From Hyphomicrobiales bacterium (GTDB lineage: Bacteria; Pseudomonadota; Alphaproteobacteria; Rhizobiales; Beijerinckiaceae), in contig CANGIS010000002.1 in assembly GCA_947454055.1 (NCBI GenBank), positions 44,036-108,035 on the forward strand: a stretch of DNA of 64,000 nt, read 5' to 3'. The notes under the pieces were generated by a model, which saw nothing but the letters and a program-made list of their open reading frames with translations, was not told the DNA's origin and made no database searches. The position numbers and the translations under genes were made by a program. Shown one piece after another: positions 27,806-38,065 of this stretch. How positions within the stretch are numbered: position 1 is the first letter of the stretch; every line of letters starts with the position of its first letter.

Positions 27806-30073
27806 ATGCGGTCTACGCTTGGCGGACCTAGAGTTCTACTGCGCCGCCTCCGCGAAGTTATGGCGGAGCCGGTAAGCGCGCAGGCACGTCTTGATAAAAT
27901 CGTGATGGTGATTGCGGCCAATATGGTGGCCGAAGTGTGCTCGTTCTACGTCATGCGGGCCGACAACACGATGGAGCTCTTCGCCACCGAAGGTTTGAAG
28001 CGCGAAGCCGTCCATATCACCACGATGAATGCGGGCGAGGGTCTCGTTGGCCTCATCGCGCGGCAAGCCGAGCCGCTCAACCTGTCCAACGCCCAAGCCC
28101 ATCCGGCCTTCTCTTATCGGCCGGAGACGGGCGAAGAAATTTACCAGTCCTTTCTCGGCGTTCCGGTGCTCCGTTCCGGCAACACGCTGGGCGTACTGGT
28201 GGTGCAGAACCGCGCGCACCGCGTTTACACGGAAGAAGAAGTCGAAGCCCTGCAGACCACCGCAATGGTGCTCGCCGAAATTATCGCGTCGGGCGAATTG
28301 CAGGCACTGGCCGAACCCGGAACCGGAATAGCTCTTCGCCGTCCCATGACGCTGAGCGGCCAAAGCCTTGCCGATGGCGTTGGGCTAGGCCACGCCGTAC
28401 TGCACGAACCGCGTGTCGTCGTCTCCAATCTGATTGCCGACGATCCGGCCGTTGAACAAAAACGCCTTGATTCAGCCATTTCCGATTTGCGCAAATCGAT
28501 TGATCAGCTGGTTGATCGCGGCGACATCTCTCATGTCGGCGAGCATCGCGAAGTGCTCGAAACCTATCGCATGTTCGCCAATGATCCGGGCTGGACGCGG
28601 CGTCTGCGCGAGGCGGTTCAAACAGGTCTTACAGCGGAAGCGGCGGTTGAGCGCGTCCAATCGGATAATCGCGCGCGGATGCTGCGCCAAACCGACCCCT
28701 ATTTGCGCGAACGTCTGCATGACCTCGACGAATTGGCCAACCGCTTGCTGCATCGGTTGCTCGGCCGCGACATGATTGATGGTCGGGTGCAACTGCCCGA
28801 CAACGCCATTCTGATCGCCCGCTCGATGGGCCCTGCCGCTTTGCTCGATTATGACCGCTCCAAGCTGCGCGGTCTGGTGCTGGAAGAAGGCGGGCCGACG
28901 AGCCATATCGCCATTGTTGCGCGCGCGCTGGGCATCCCCGCCGTCGGAACGGTCGAAAACATCACCGGATCGGTTGAAACAGGCGATGCGATCATCGTGG
29001 ATGGGGGCGCAGGCCAAGTTCATGTCCGCCCGCAAAGCGATGTCGAAGATGCCTTCAAAGAAAAGGCCAAGCTGCGCGCGCGGCGGCAGGAACAATATCG
29101 TAAACTCCGCGACGTGCCGTCCCATACCAAAGATGGCGTGCCGATTGCGCTCAATCTGAATGCCGGCCTTTTGATCGATCTGCCCCATATGGACGAGACC
29201 GGCGCGCAAGGCATCGGCCTGTTCCGTACCGAACTGCAATTCATGGTATCGGCCCGCATGCCGACGGCCAGTGAACAGATGGCGCTGTATCGCACGGTGT
29301 TTGACGCAACCCGCGGCAGACCGGTAACGTTCCGCACGCTCGATATCGGCGGCGACAAGATTTTGCCCTATCTGAGAACAGCGGAAGAAGAAAATCCTGC
29401 CTTGGGCTGGCGCGCGATCCGTATCGGGCTGGATCGTCCGGGTCTATTACGCGCGCAACTTCGCGCCATGCTGAAAGCCGCATCGGGACAGCATTTGCGG
29501 GTGATGTTCCCGATGGTGGCAACCGTTGACGAATTTGATCGCGCCAAAACGCTGGTTACGCGCGAAATGGCGCATCTTGAGCGCTTTGGCTACGCTCTGC
29601 CCGAAAGCATCAAACTGGGTGTGATGGTCGAGGTGCCGTCCCTCTTGTTTGAAATCGACGAGATTGCCGAGCGGGCGGATTTTCTCTCCGTCGGCTCGAA
29701 TGATCTGATGCAGTTTTTATTCGCCGCTGACCGCGAAAACCCGCTGATGGCCGCGCGGTTCGACGCGTTGAGCCCGTCCTGCCTGAGGGCGCTTCGCCTC
29801 ATCGCGCAGGCGGGAAACAAAGCCGGAATACCGGTAACGCTCTGCGGAGAATTGGCCAGCATGCCGCTGGAGGCGATGGTTCTTGTGGGGCTCGGCTATC
29901 GTTCGCTCTCGATGTCACCGGCCGCGATCGGTCCGGTCAAGGCGATGCTGCTGGGCCTCGATGCCTCGGCGATCGAGGCGCATATGACAACCTTGTTGAC
30001 CGAGCCGAACGGTGCTGCCACGCTGCGGCCCGCTATCGAGGCTTTTGCCCGCGCCCATGGGGTGCCGATTTAG
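27806..30073 (+). CDS. ptsP: phosphoenolpyruvate-protein phosphotransferase PtsP (EI-Ntr, GAF plus EI domains)
   Basis: ORF 27746..30073 trimmed to ATG 27806 (755 aa). The N-terminus has a GAF domain (MVAEVCSFYVMR). The GGPTSHIAIVARALGIPAV phospho-His region and FLSVGSNDLMQF are also present. Confidence 0.92.
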   Translation: MRSTLGGPRVLLRRLREVMAEPVSAQARLDKIVMVIAANMVAEVCSFYVMRADNTMELFATEGLKREAVHITTMNAGEGLVGLIARQAEPLNLSNAQAHPAFSYRPETGEEIYQSFLGVPVLRSGNTLGVLVVQNRAHRVYTEEEVEALQTTAMVLAEIIASGELQALAEPGTGIALRRPMTLSGQSLADGVGLGHAVLHEPRVVVSNLIADDPAVEQKRLDSAISDLRKSIDQLVDRGDISHVGEHREVLETYRMFANDPGWTRRLREAVQTGLTAEAAVERVQSDNRARMLRQTDPYLRERLHDLDELANRLLHRLLGRDMIDGRVQLPDNAILIARSMGPAALLDYDRSKLRGLVLEEGGPTSHIAIVARALGIPAVGTVENITGSVETGDAIIVDGGAGQVHVRPQSDVEDAFKEKAKLRARRQEQYRKLRDVPSHTKDGVPIALNLNAGLLIDLPHMDETGAQGIGLFRTELQFMVSARMPTASEQMALYRTVFDATRGRPVTFRTLDIGGDKILPYLRTAEEENPALGWRAIRIGLDRPGLLRAQLRAMLKAASGQHLRVMFPMVATVDEFDRAKTLVTREMAHLERFGYALPESIKLGVMVEVPSLLFEIDEIAERADFLSVGSNDLMQFLFAADRENPLMAARFDALSPSCLRALRLIAQAGNKAGIPVTLCGELASMPLEAMVLVGLGYRSLSMSPAAIGPVKAMLLGLDASAIEAHMTTLLTEPNGAATLRPAIEAFARAHGVPI

Positions 30074-30130
30074 CGGCATAGCTTCCGCCCTCGCTCGCTT
30101 TTCGGCCTCTCCTGCATTATCTGACACCTC

Positions 30131-31210
30131 ATGCACTTTGATTCCCGCAAACTCGACGCCATTCTCGCGCGCCACGCCATCGTCTCCGACCGTCTCAACA
30201 GCGGTCCGGATGCGGAAACCTTTGTCGCTTTGTCGCGGGAACTCTCCGATCTTGATCCGGTGGTTGGCGCCATCCTGACGGTCAGGGAAATCGAAAAAGA
30301 TATTGCAGGACTTGATGAGCTCATCGCTGACCCTGCAACAGACTCTGAAATGCGCGGATTGGCCGACGACGAGCGCCGCGATGCGCTGTCCCGCCAATCG
30401 GAAGCCGGGCACACGCTCAGGCTGATGCTGCTGCCCAAAGATGCCGCCGACGAACGCGGTGCCATTCTCGAAGTGCGTGCAGGTACGGGCGGTGATGAGG
30501 CCGCACTGTTTGCGGGCGATCTGTTCCGCATGTATCAGCGTTATGCCGAAGGCCGGCGTTGGACGGTGGAAGTGCTCTCCGCTTCCGAGGGTACGATGGG
30601 CGGATACAAGGAAATCATCGCTGAATTGAACGGCATTGGCGTGTTCGGGCGGTTGAAGTTTGAAAGCGGCGTGCATCGTGTCCAACGCGTTCCGGATACG
30701 GAAACCCAAGGCCGCATCCATACGTCGGCTGCCACCGTGGCCGTGTTGCCGATTGCCGAGCCGCTCGATTTGACGATTGACGACAAAGACCTCGTGATCG
30801 AGACGATGCGCGCCCAAGGTGCTGGCGGTCAGCACGTCAACAAGACCGAAAGCGCGATCCGGATGACGCATACGCCGTCGGGTATCGTGGTGATGATGCA
30901 GGATGAGCGCTCCCAGCACAGAAACCGCGCCAAGGCGATGGATGTGCTGCGGACAAGACTGTTTGACATGCAGCGCCGCAAACAAGCCGATGCGGAAGCC
31001 GAAAACCGCCGTGGACAGGTGGGATCGGGCGACCGGTCCGAGCGAATCCGGACCTATAATTTTCCCCAAGGGCGGCTGACCGATCACCGGATCAACCTGA
31101 CCCTCTATAAATTACCCGAAATCATCACCGGCCTTGCGCTTGATGACGTGATTGATCCGTTGATCGCCGAACATCAGGCCGAATTGCTGGGAGCCGAGGA
31201 CCGCGCATGA
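30131..31210 (+). CDS. prfA: peptide chain release factor 1
   Basis: 359 aa. It carries the PAT-type recognition region, the GGQ motif ([18 protein letters not shown]) and [12 protein letters not shown]. Confidence 0.95.
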   Translation: MHFDSRKLDAILARHAIVSDRLNSGPDAETFVALSRELSDLDPVVGAILTVREIEKDIAGLDELIADPATDSEMRGLADDERRDALSRQSEAGHTLRLMLLPKDAADERGAILEVRAGTGGDEAALFAGDLFRMYQRYAEGRRWTVEVLSASEGTMGGYKEIIAELNGIGVFGRLKFESGVHRVQRVPDTETQGRIHTSAATVAVLPIAEPLDLTIDDKDLVIETMRAQGAGGQHVNKTESAIRMTHTPSGIVVMMQDERSQHRNRAKAMDVLRTRLFDMQRRKQADAEAENRRGQVGSGDRSERIRTYNFPQGRLTDHRINLTLYKLPEIITGLALDDVIDPLIAEHQAELLGAEDRA

Positions 31211-32082
31211 GTGCTATTTCTGATAAAATGACACGGATCGAAGCGTTAAAACATCTGGGCGAGGTGTTTCGTACCATCGGCATCGAGACTGCCCAGCGGG
31301 ACGCCCGCCTTTTGATGCTGGACGCCGCCGGCATCGTACATGCCGATTTGATTCGCAGTCCGCGCGAGGCGATTGGTGCGGAGGCTGCAAAAAAACTCGC
31401 TTCCCATGTTGAAAAGCGCCTCACCCGCGTGCCGGTGGCGCGTATTCTGGGTGAGTGGGAGTTCTGGAGCCTGCCCTTCACCTTAGTGGCCGAAACGCTC
31501 GTGCCGCGCCCTGACAGCGAAACCGTGGTCGCCGCGGCCCTTATCGCCTTAAAAGACCGACGACATGCCAGCGACGGCTTGCGGATTCTTGATCTCGGCA
31601 CCGGATCGGGCTGTTTGCTCGTTTCCTTGCTGCATGAATTGCCCGGCGCCACGGGTGTGGGGGTCGACATCGCAGCCGGCGCGGTGGAAACGGCCCGCCT
31701 CAATGCCGAGCGCAACCATGTCGGGAACCGCGCCGAGTTTCATCAAGCCAATTGGGCCGAGGGGCTGACGGGGCCGTTTGATCTGATTGTATCAAACCCG
31801 CCCTATATTGCCGACCCGATCATCGATACGCTTGAGGTGGAAGTGCGCGTCCACGACCCTCGCCTCGCGCTGTCCGGCGGCCGCGACGGGCTGGATGCGT
31901 ATCGTGCGATTGCGGACGCGGTCCCCGCTTTGCTGGCTCCAGGCGGCGTCGTGGCGCTGGAAATCGGTTCGGATCAATCGGAAACGGTCCCGAAAATCTT
32001 CTCGGGCCTTGGTTATACGCTTGAAGGCCCATTTGCAGATTTTGGCGCCAGACCGCGTGCCATCGTGCTGCATCGTACCTAA
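31207..32082 (+). CDS. prmC: release-factor glutamine N5-methyltransferase
   Basis: 291 aa. [11 protein letters not shown] is SAM motif I, and IVSNPPYI is the NPPY catalytic motif. It overlaps the prfA stop by 4 nt. Confidence 0.92.
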   Translation: MSAISDKMTRIEALKHLGEVFRTIGIETAQRDARLLMLDAAGIVHADLIRSPREAIGAEAAKKLASHVEKRLTRVPVARILGEWEFWSLPFTLVAETLVPRPDSETVVAAALIALKDRRHASDGLRILDLGTGSGCLLVSLLHELPGATGVGVDIAAGAVETARLNAERNHVGNRAEFHQANWAEGLTGPFDLIVSNPPYIADPIIDTLEVEVRVHDPRLALSGGRDGLDAYRAIADAVPALLAPGGVVALEIGSDQSETVPKIFSGLGYTLEGPFADFGARPRAIVLHRT

Positions 32083-32380
32083 GAGCTTACCAATCCGTCA
32101 TTCGCCAGATGCTGTTAAGACCGTAAAAATGCATTTGCAGACAGGCACCTGACGGTGTACAAGCGTCATGTGGATTGTTGGCCGAGAGGCTGGCCGGGCG
32201 GGTACGCGCCGAGCGAACGATCCTACGGCCCACCTCGTTCGATAGTAAACCAGTTGCTGCTGTTGTTTGGCCTTTAGGCCTCCTTGCAAGCAACCGGAAG
32301 CCGAGTTGCACCGGCCCATGAACCCCTAAAGGTCCAAAAAATTAAACACCATGAATGATTATAGACAAGAAGGACGTTCG

Positions 32381-33373
32381 ATGAGACCCAATCATCAGAA
32401 CAAGCGCATGCGTGGCCGCAACCGGGGAAGCAGTGGCGGCGGCGGTGGTGGTGGTGGCAAAGGCCCCAACCCGTTGACGCGGTCCTATGAATCGAACGGT
32501 CCCGATGTAAAAGTGCGCGGCACGGCGCAAAACATTGCCGAAAAATATGTCCAACTCGGACGCGACGCGCAAGCCACCGGCGATCATGTTGCAGCGGAGA
32601 GCTTTTTCCAGCATGCCGAACATTATTTCCGTCTGATTGCAGCCGCTCAGGAGCAATTCCGGATTGCCAATCCCGGCTTTCGTGGCTTTGATCAGCCCGA
32701 AGGCGACGAGGATGAAGGCGAAGGCGAAGTCTCGTTTGGCCAAGGCTCGAAAGAAGGCGACGACGAGCAGGGCTCAGGCGACGATCAACAGCGCGAGCAA
32801 TCCTATCAGCCGCGCGATCAACGCGACCAGCGCGGCCCACGCCCACAGCGTGACAACCGGAATTTCCAGCCCCGCGAACAACGCGAATATCAACCGCGCG
32901 ATCAGGCTTTCGGCAGTTCGGACGCGCAGCCCCGCGAACAACGCGAGTTCCAGCCGCGCGAGCCGCGTCAACCAAGAGAGTATCAACCTCGGGATCAACA
33001 ACCTCGCGAGCATCAGCCGAGAGAGCATCAACCCCGCGACTCTCAGCCCCGCGAACCCCGCGAGTTTCAACCGCGTGACCAGCAGCCGCGTGAACCGCGC
33101 CCGCCACGCGAGGGCGGACGGTTTGATCGCGACGGTCGCGAGCAACGCTTCCAGCGTCCGGCACCTATGCCGCTTGAGGCCGAGCAGCCCGGCTTGCCAT
33201 CTTTCATTACAGCGCCCGTCCGGACGCCGGTTGTGACGGAGGCTCCGGTCGAGCCCGTGATGGTTCAATCCTCGCTCCCGATCGATGTTTCGAGCGCCGA
33301 GCCTGTCGTGGCGCGCCGTCGTGGCCGCCCGCCGAAGGTACAACCAGCCAGCGATGTATCGGGCGCGGAATAA
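32381..33373 (+). CDS. DUF4167 protein with internal QPR(E/D) repeat tract
   Basis: ORF 32351..33373 trimmed to ATG 32381, which is preceded by aagaagga. MRPNHQNKRMRGRNRG...GPNPLTRSYESNGPDVKVRGTAQNIAEKYVQLGRDA is the DUF4167 N-terminal domain. The rest is low-complexity sequence. Confidence 0.8.
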   Translation: MRPNHQNKRMRGRNRGSSGGGGGGGGKGPNPLTRSYESNGPDVKVRGTAQNIAEKYVQLGRDAQATGDHVAAESFFQHAEHYFRLIAAAQEQFRIANPGFRGFDQPEGDEDEGEGEVSFGQGSKEGDDEQGSGDDQQREQSYQPRDQRDQRGPRPQRDNRNFQPREQREYQPRDQAFGSSDAQPREQREFQPREPRQPREYQPRDQQPREHQPREHQPRDSQPREPREFQPRDQQPREPRPPREGGRFDRDGREQRFQRPAPMPLEAEQPGLPSFITAPVRTPVVTEAPVEPVMVQSSLPIDVSSAEPVVARRRGRPPKVQPASDVSGAE

Positions 33374-33395
33374 TCGCTCGTAGTCATACGGATAT

Positions 33396-33426
33396 AAAAA
33401 GGGGGTCTTTGGGCCCCCTTTTTTTT
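33396..33426 (+). terminator. rho-independent terminator (A-run / hairpin / T-run)
   Basis: aaaaa-gggggtc-ttt-gggccccc-tttttttt, immediately downstream of the DUF4167 gene. Confidence 0.75.
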
Positions 33427-33444
33427 CGTAAAAAATTTTCACCC

Positions 33445-33473
33445 CTTCCGCTCAAGCCATCGCGTTCCTATCT
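33445..33473 (+). promoter_or_regulatory. candidate RpoH (sigma-32)-type promoter for clpB
   Basis: cttccg-N16-cctatct lies about 100 nt upstream of the clpB ATG. It resembles the alphaproteobacterial CTTG-N16/17-CCTATNT heat-shock consensus with one mismatch in the -35 box. Assigned by eye only. Confidence 0.3.
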
Positions 33474-33573
33474 CATAAGCGAAGGGTTGCCTCACTATGG
33501 GGGATCCGGTTGAGGAGCGGCTATCCGGGCCAAGGATTAGGGCGGATAGGGCGCGGCCACAGGGAGATCGCAG

Positions 33574-36192
33574 ATGGATTTTGAAAAATATACCGACAGA
33601 GCCAAAGGCTTCGTTCAATCGGCGCAGATGCTCGCAACACGCGAGGGACATCCGCAACTCATGCCGGAACACCTGTTAAAAGTTCTGCTCGATGACAATG
33701 AAGGCCTCGCTGCCGGTTTAATTGGGCGGGCGGGTGGCAATGCCAAGCAGGCTTTGGTGCTGGTCGAAGAGGCGTTAGCCAAGCAAGCCAAAGTATCGGG
33801 GGCCGCTTCCCAGCCCCAGCCGAGCCGTGATCTGGTTCGGCTGTTTGATACGGCGCAGAAAATTGCCGTTAAAGCGGGCGATTCTTATGTCACCGTTGAA
33901 CGCATGTTGCTGGCGCTCGCGACGGAGAAGGATATGGAGGCGGGCAAACTGCTTGCAAAAGCGGGCGTAACGCCGCAAGCGCTCAATAGCGCGATCAATG
34001 ACCTTCGCAAAGGCCGCACCGCCGACAATGCCACGGCCGAAAACGCCTATGAGGCGTTGAAGAAATATACCCGCGATCTGACCCAAGCCGCGCGTGATGG
34101 CAAGCTTGACCCGGTGATCGGTCGCGACGAGGAAATCCGCCGCGCGATCCAGGTTCTCTCGCGCCGCACCAAGAACAACCCCGTTCTGATCGGCGAGCCG
34201 GGCGTGGGTAAAACCGCGATTGCGGAAGGCTTGGCGCTGCGCATCGTCAATGGCGATGTGCCGGAAAGCCTGACCGACAAGAAACTGCTGTCGCTCGATA
34301 TGGGCTCGCTGATTGCGGGTGCCAAATATCGCGGCGAGTTCGAGGAGCGGCTTAAATCCGTCCTGTCCGAGGTGACTTCGGCAGAAGGCGGCATCATCCT
34401 TTTCATCGATGAAATGCACACGCTGGTGGGCGCGGGCAAAGGCGAAGGCGCGATGGATGCGTCGAACTTGTTAAAACCCGCTTTGGCGCGCGGCGAGTTG
34501 CACTGCGTCGGCGCGACCACGCTGGATGAATACCGCAAACATGTCGAAAAGGACGCGGCGCTTGCCCGCCGGTTCCAGCCCATTTTCGTGAGCGAACCTT
34601 CGGTTGAGGATACGGTGTCGATCCTGCGCGGTTTGAAGGAAAAATACGAACTCCACCACGGCGTGCGGATTACGGATGCGGCTATCGTCGCGGCCGCCAC
34701 GCTTTCTAACCGCTATATCACCGACCGTTTCTTGCCGGACAAAGCCATCGACCTTGTCGATGAAGCCTCCGCGCGGCTTCGCATGCAGGTCGACTCCAAG
34801 CCGGAGGAACTTGATGAATTGGATCGCCGCATTGTGCAGCTCCGCATCGAGCAGGAAGCCTTGAAAAAGGAAACGGATCCGGGCTCGAAAGACCGGCTTG
34901 GCAAGATCGAAGTTGAATTGGCCGGACTGGAAGAAAAATCGGCCTCGCTCACGCAACGCTGGAAATCCGAGAAGGACAAGCTGGGGGCTGCCCAAAAAAT
35001 CAAGGAGCAGCTCGAACAGGCCCGTACCGATCTCGCCAATGCACAACGCAAGGGCGAATACCAGAAAGCCGGTGAACTCGCTTACGGGCTGATCCCCGAT
35101 CTTGAGAAAAAGCTGGCCGCCAATGAGGGCGCCGATGCCTCCGGCGCAATGGTCGCCGAAGCCGTTACCGCCAACGATGTGGCGCAAGTCGTCTCGCGCT
35201 GGACCGGCGTACCAGTTGATCGCATGTTGGAGGGCGAAAAGGACAAGCTCCTGAAAATGGAGCAGGAAATCGGCAAACGCGTTGTCGGCCAAGAAGAAGC
35301 CGTGATCGCGGTTTCCACCGCCATCCGTCGCGCCCGCGCGGGCCTGCAAGACCCGCATCGGCCTATCGGTTCCTTCATGTTTTTGGGGCCGACCGGTGTT
35401 GGCAAGACGGAGCTCACCAAGGCGCTGGCCTCTTATATGTTCGACGACGAGACCGCGATGGTCCGCATCGACATGTCCGAATATATGGAAAAACACTCGG
35501 TGGCCCGGCTGATCGGCGCTCCTCCCGGCTATGTCGGTTATGAGGAAGGCGGCGCGCTGACCGAGGCTGTGCGGCGCAGGCCCTATCAGGTGATCCTGTT
35601 CGACGAGATCGAGAAGGCACATCCGGACGTGTTCAATGTACTGCTACAGGTGCTTGATGATGGCCGTCTCACCGACGGGCAAGGCCGTGCGGTCGATTTC
35701 CGCAACACGCTCATCATCATGACGTCGAATCTCGGCGCGGAATTCCTCGTCCATCAGGCCGAGGGGGAAGATTCTGACGAGGTGCGCGATGAGGTGATGG
35801 GCGTGGTCAGGAGCCATTTCCGGCCGGAATTCCTCAACCGCGTGGACGAGATCATCCTGTTCCACAGGCTGAAGCGCGAGCAGATGGGGGCGATTGTCGA
35901 CATTCAGATGAAGCGGCTTGACCAGCTACTGGCCGATCGCAAAATCGTGATCGCGATGGAGCCGGATGCCCGCGAATGGTTGGCCGAGAAAGGCTATGAT
36001 GCTGCCTATGGCGCACGTCCCTTAAAGCGCGTGATCCAGAAAAATGTGCAGGATGCTTTGGCTGAACTTATCCTCTCCGGCGCGGTGAAGGATGGCGATC
36101 ACGTCCCGATCAAAGCAGGCCCCTTCGGTCTGCTGATCGGCGAACACGCAGTCAGCGTAGAGCGGCCGCCGCGGGGTGTTAAATTGAACTGA
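33574..36192 (+). CDS. clpB: ATP-dependent chaperone ClpB
   Basis: 872 aa. It has two AAA+ modules ([10 protein letters not shown] and [10 protein letters not shown] Walker A motifs), a long middle coiled-coil and the Clp N-domain. Confidence 0.97.
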   Translation: MDFEKYTDRAKGFVQSAQMLATREGHPQLMPEHLLKVLLDDNEGLAAGLIGRAGGNAKQALVLVEEALAKQAKVSGAASQPQPSRDLVRLFDTAQKIAVKAGDSYVTVERMLLALATEKDMEAGKLLAKAGVTPQALNSAINDLRKGRTADNATAENAYEALKKYTRDLTQAARDGKLDPVIGRDEEIRRAIQVLSRRTKNNPVLIGEPGVGKTAIAEGLALRIVNGDVPESLTDKKLLSLDMGSLIAGAKYRGEFEERLKSVLSEVTSAEGGIILFIDEMHTLVGAGKGEGAMDASNLLKPALARGELHCVGATTLDEYRKHVEKDAALARRFQPIFVSEPSVEDTVSILRGLKEKYELHHGVRITDAAIVAAATLSNRYITDRFLPDKAIDLVDEASARLRMQVDSKPEELDELDRRIVQLRIEQEALKKETDPGSKDRLGKIEVELAGLEEKSASLTQRWKSEKDKLGAAQKIKEQLEQARTDLANAQRKGEYQKAGELAYGLIPDLEKKLAANEGADASGAMVAEAVTANDVAQVVSRWTGVPVDRMLEGEKDKLLKMEQEIGKRVVGQEEAVIAVSTAIRRARAGLQDPHRPIGSFMFLGPTGVGKTELTKALASYMFDDETAMVRIDMSEYMEKHSVARLIGAPPGYVGYEEGGALTEAVRRRPYQVILFDEIEKAHPDVFNVLLQVLDDGRLTDGQGRAVDFRNTLIIMTSNLGAEFLVHQAEGEDSDEVRDEVMGVVRSHFRPEFLNRVDEIILFHRLKREQMGAIVDIQMKRLDQLLADRKIVIAMEPDAREWLAEKGYDAAYGARPLKRVIQKNVQDALAELILSGAVKDGDHVPIKAGPFGLLIGEHAVSVERPPRGVKLN

Positions 36193-36204
36193 CAACGCGA
36201 AGAG

Positions 36205-36232
36205 TCCTCCGTCCTTGCGAGGTGAGGACGGA
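36205..36232. terminator. hairpin between convergent clpB and the acyl-CoA synthetase gene
   Basis: Stem tccgtcc (36208-36214) / ggacgga (36226-32). The loop region ttgcgaggtgagga is shared with the repeat copy at 62121-62134. Confidence 0.45.
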
Positions 36233-36235
36233 TGC

Positions 36236-38041
36236 CTATAAGCGCAACCGTCCTTCCATAATCCCGAGGCGGGTATCCGGATCAAGCACCCGATAATGAC
36301 CCGACTCATGGTCGAGCCACAAAACGGTTTCATCCGAATCCGATGGCTCGATGCCTTCGCGCACGAGGTCAATCTTGCGTAATTTGAAGGTGCCCGTCAT
36401 GTCCATCTCGCGGCGAATACGCAGGAACACGGGGCGCGCATGATGCGGCAGGTTGCGGGCGAGATGTTCGGCCAACGCTTTGAGATCCAGAAACTCCTCG
36501 TCGGAGGGCAAAATCGCCGCCATCCCTGCTTTGCCATCCTGGCCCGGCAAAGCAACGCCATAGACCGCGCACGCTACGACACCCGCATGCACATTGATGG
36601 TCTCGGCCACCTCGGAGGTCGCGACATTCTCTCCCTTCCAGCGGAACGTGTCTCCGATCCGGTCGACAAAATAGAAATAGCCCTGCTCGTCCCGCGTTAC
36701 GAGATCGCCGGAACGGAACCAGGCATCACCTTTGCGAAAGGCATCGCGCAGGATTTTGGCCTCATCCGCCTTTTTATCGGCATAGCCCTCAAACCGATTG
36801 GCCGGCGCCATCGGGTCATCCATAATCTCACCGATGATTTCGCCGACTTCACCGGGGCCGCACGGAATACAGTGCCCGTCAGCGTCCCGCATGGGACGTT
36901 CGTTTTCGACATCGAAACGCACCACATTGACGACAAAACGCTTCTCGGCCCATTTCGGAATGCGGCCAATCGCACCGGGGCGGGAATCGAAATTGAACAG
37001 CGCTATATTGCCTTCGGTTGCTCCATAAAATTCGCGAATATGACGGATGCCAAAACGCGCCGAGAAGGCCCGCCAGATATCAGGTCGCAAGCCATTGCCG
37101 CAGATCAGACGGACCCTATGCGCCTGATCAAGCCGGCTTGGCGGCGCACTCAGCAGATAACGGCAAAGCTCGCCAATATAGAAAAACAGCGTGCAGCCGT
37201 GCTTGATAATATCGGGCCAGAATTCACGCGCCGAGAATTTTTCTCGGATCACCACGCTGCCGCCCTGCACAAGCACGCCCAGCGTCGAGAGAATGCCGCC
37301 ATTGGAATGATACATCGGCAGGCAATCATACAGCCGGTCGCCCTCTTTCACCTCCATCACCGCCGAAAAACCCAGCGCCATCGCGCTGACACGGTAATGG
37401 TTGATATTGGCCGCCTTAGGCAGCCCCGTCGTTCCGGAGGTGTAAATATAAAGGCATTTGTCATCGAGGGTGAGGGTCACGCGCTCCTCAGCTGCCAGCG
37501 CATCGTCGGAATACTGCATAACCAGTTCATCGGCACGAGGGGCCGACACATCGGAAGCACCGTGGATAAATAGCTTGGGTGGGGTTTCCAGAAACGGCAC
37601 AGCGCTTTGATAGGCTTCCACCAATTCGGCGGCGATAATCGCGATTTTCGGCTTAACAATCGCAATCGAATGGGCCAGCGCTTGGCCGGTCTGGCTTGTG
37701 TTCAGCAACGCGGTTGCCCCGCCTGAGCGCGCCACACCCATCCAGATGGCGAGATATTCCGGCCGATTGGGCATTAAAAGCGCAACGGTCTCGTTCCGGC
37801 CAATGCCTTCGGCACCCGCAAACCGCGCATAACGATTGGCCCGCCCATTATACTCGCCATAGGTAAAGGTCTCGTGCTCCGAGATCAGCGCCACACGGTC
37901 GGGATGGCGGTTGGCCACCTCTTCCATCCGCTCGCACATGGTGCGGTTGGGCGTGGCTTTAATCGGCTTGACGCGATTAAGCGTGCGCAGTGCTCCCCGC
38001 AGATAGGCGAGTTCGCTGGTGACGCGTTCGAGCAAACCCAT
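36236..38041 (-). CDS. long-chain/very-long-chain acyl-CoA synthetase (FATP-type adenylate-forming enzyme)
   Basis: 601 aa. The AMP-binding motif LYIYTSGTTGLPKAA is present, along with YGATEG, GDLVTRDEQGYFYFVDRIGDTFRWKGENV and the terminal Lys region. Confidence 0.85.
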   Translation of the reverse strand: MGLLERVTSELAYLRGALRTLNRVKPIKATPNRTMCERMEEVANRHPDRVALISEHETFTYGEYNGRANRYARFAGAEGIGRNETVALLMPNRPEYLAIWMGVARSGGATALLNTSQTGQALAHSIAIVKPKIAIIAAELVEAYQSAVPFLETPPKLFIHGASDVSAPRADELVMQYSDDALAAEERVTLTLDDKCLYIYTSGTTGLPKAANINHYRVSAMALGFSAVMEVKEGDRLYDCLPMYHSNGGILSTLGVLVQGGSVVIREKFSAREFWPDIIKHGCTLFFYIGELCRYLLSAPPSRLDQAHRVRLICGNGLRPDIWRAFSARFGIRHIREFYGATEGNIALFNFDSRPGAIGRIPKWAEKRFVVNVVRFDVENERPMRDADGHCIPCGPGEVGEIIGEIMDDPMAPANRFEGYADKKADEAKILRDAFRKGDAWFRSGDLVTRDEQGYFYFVDRIGDTFRWKGENVATSEVAETINVHAGVVACAVYGVALPGQDGKAGMAAILPSDEEFLDLKALAEHLARNLPHHARPVFLRIRREMDMTGTFKLRKIDLVREGIEPSDSDETVLWLDHESGHYRVLDPDTRLGIMEGRLRL

Positions 38042-38065
38042 GCGCTTCCCCTTATTTTTTATGTA

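Noticed and set aside
32083-32380. tmRNA, SRP RNA or 6S RNA in the prmC-DUF4167 spacer
   Set aside because: It has no tRNA-like T-arm or CCA end, no tag-peptide reading frame, and no SRP domain IV or 6S-like architecture. It is kept only as a low-interest structured leader.
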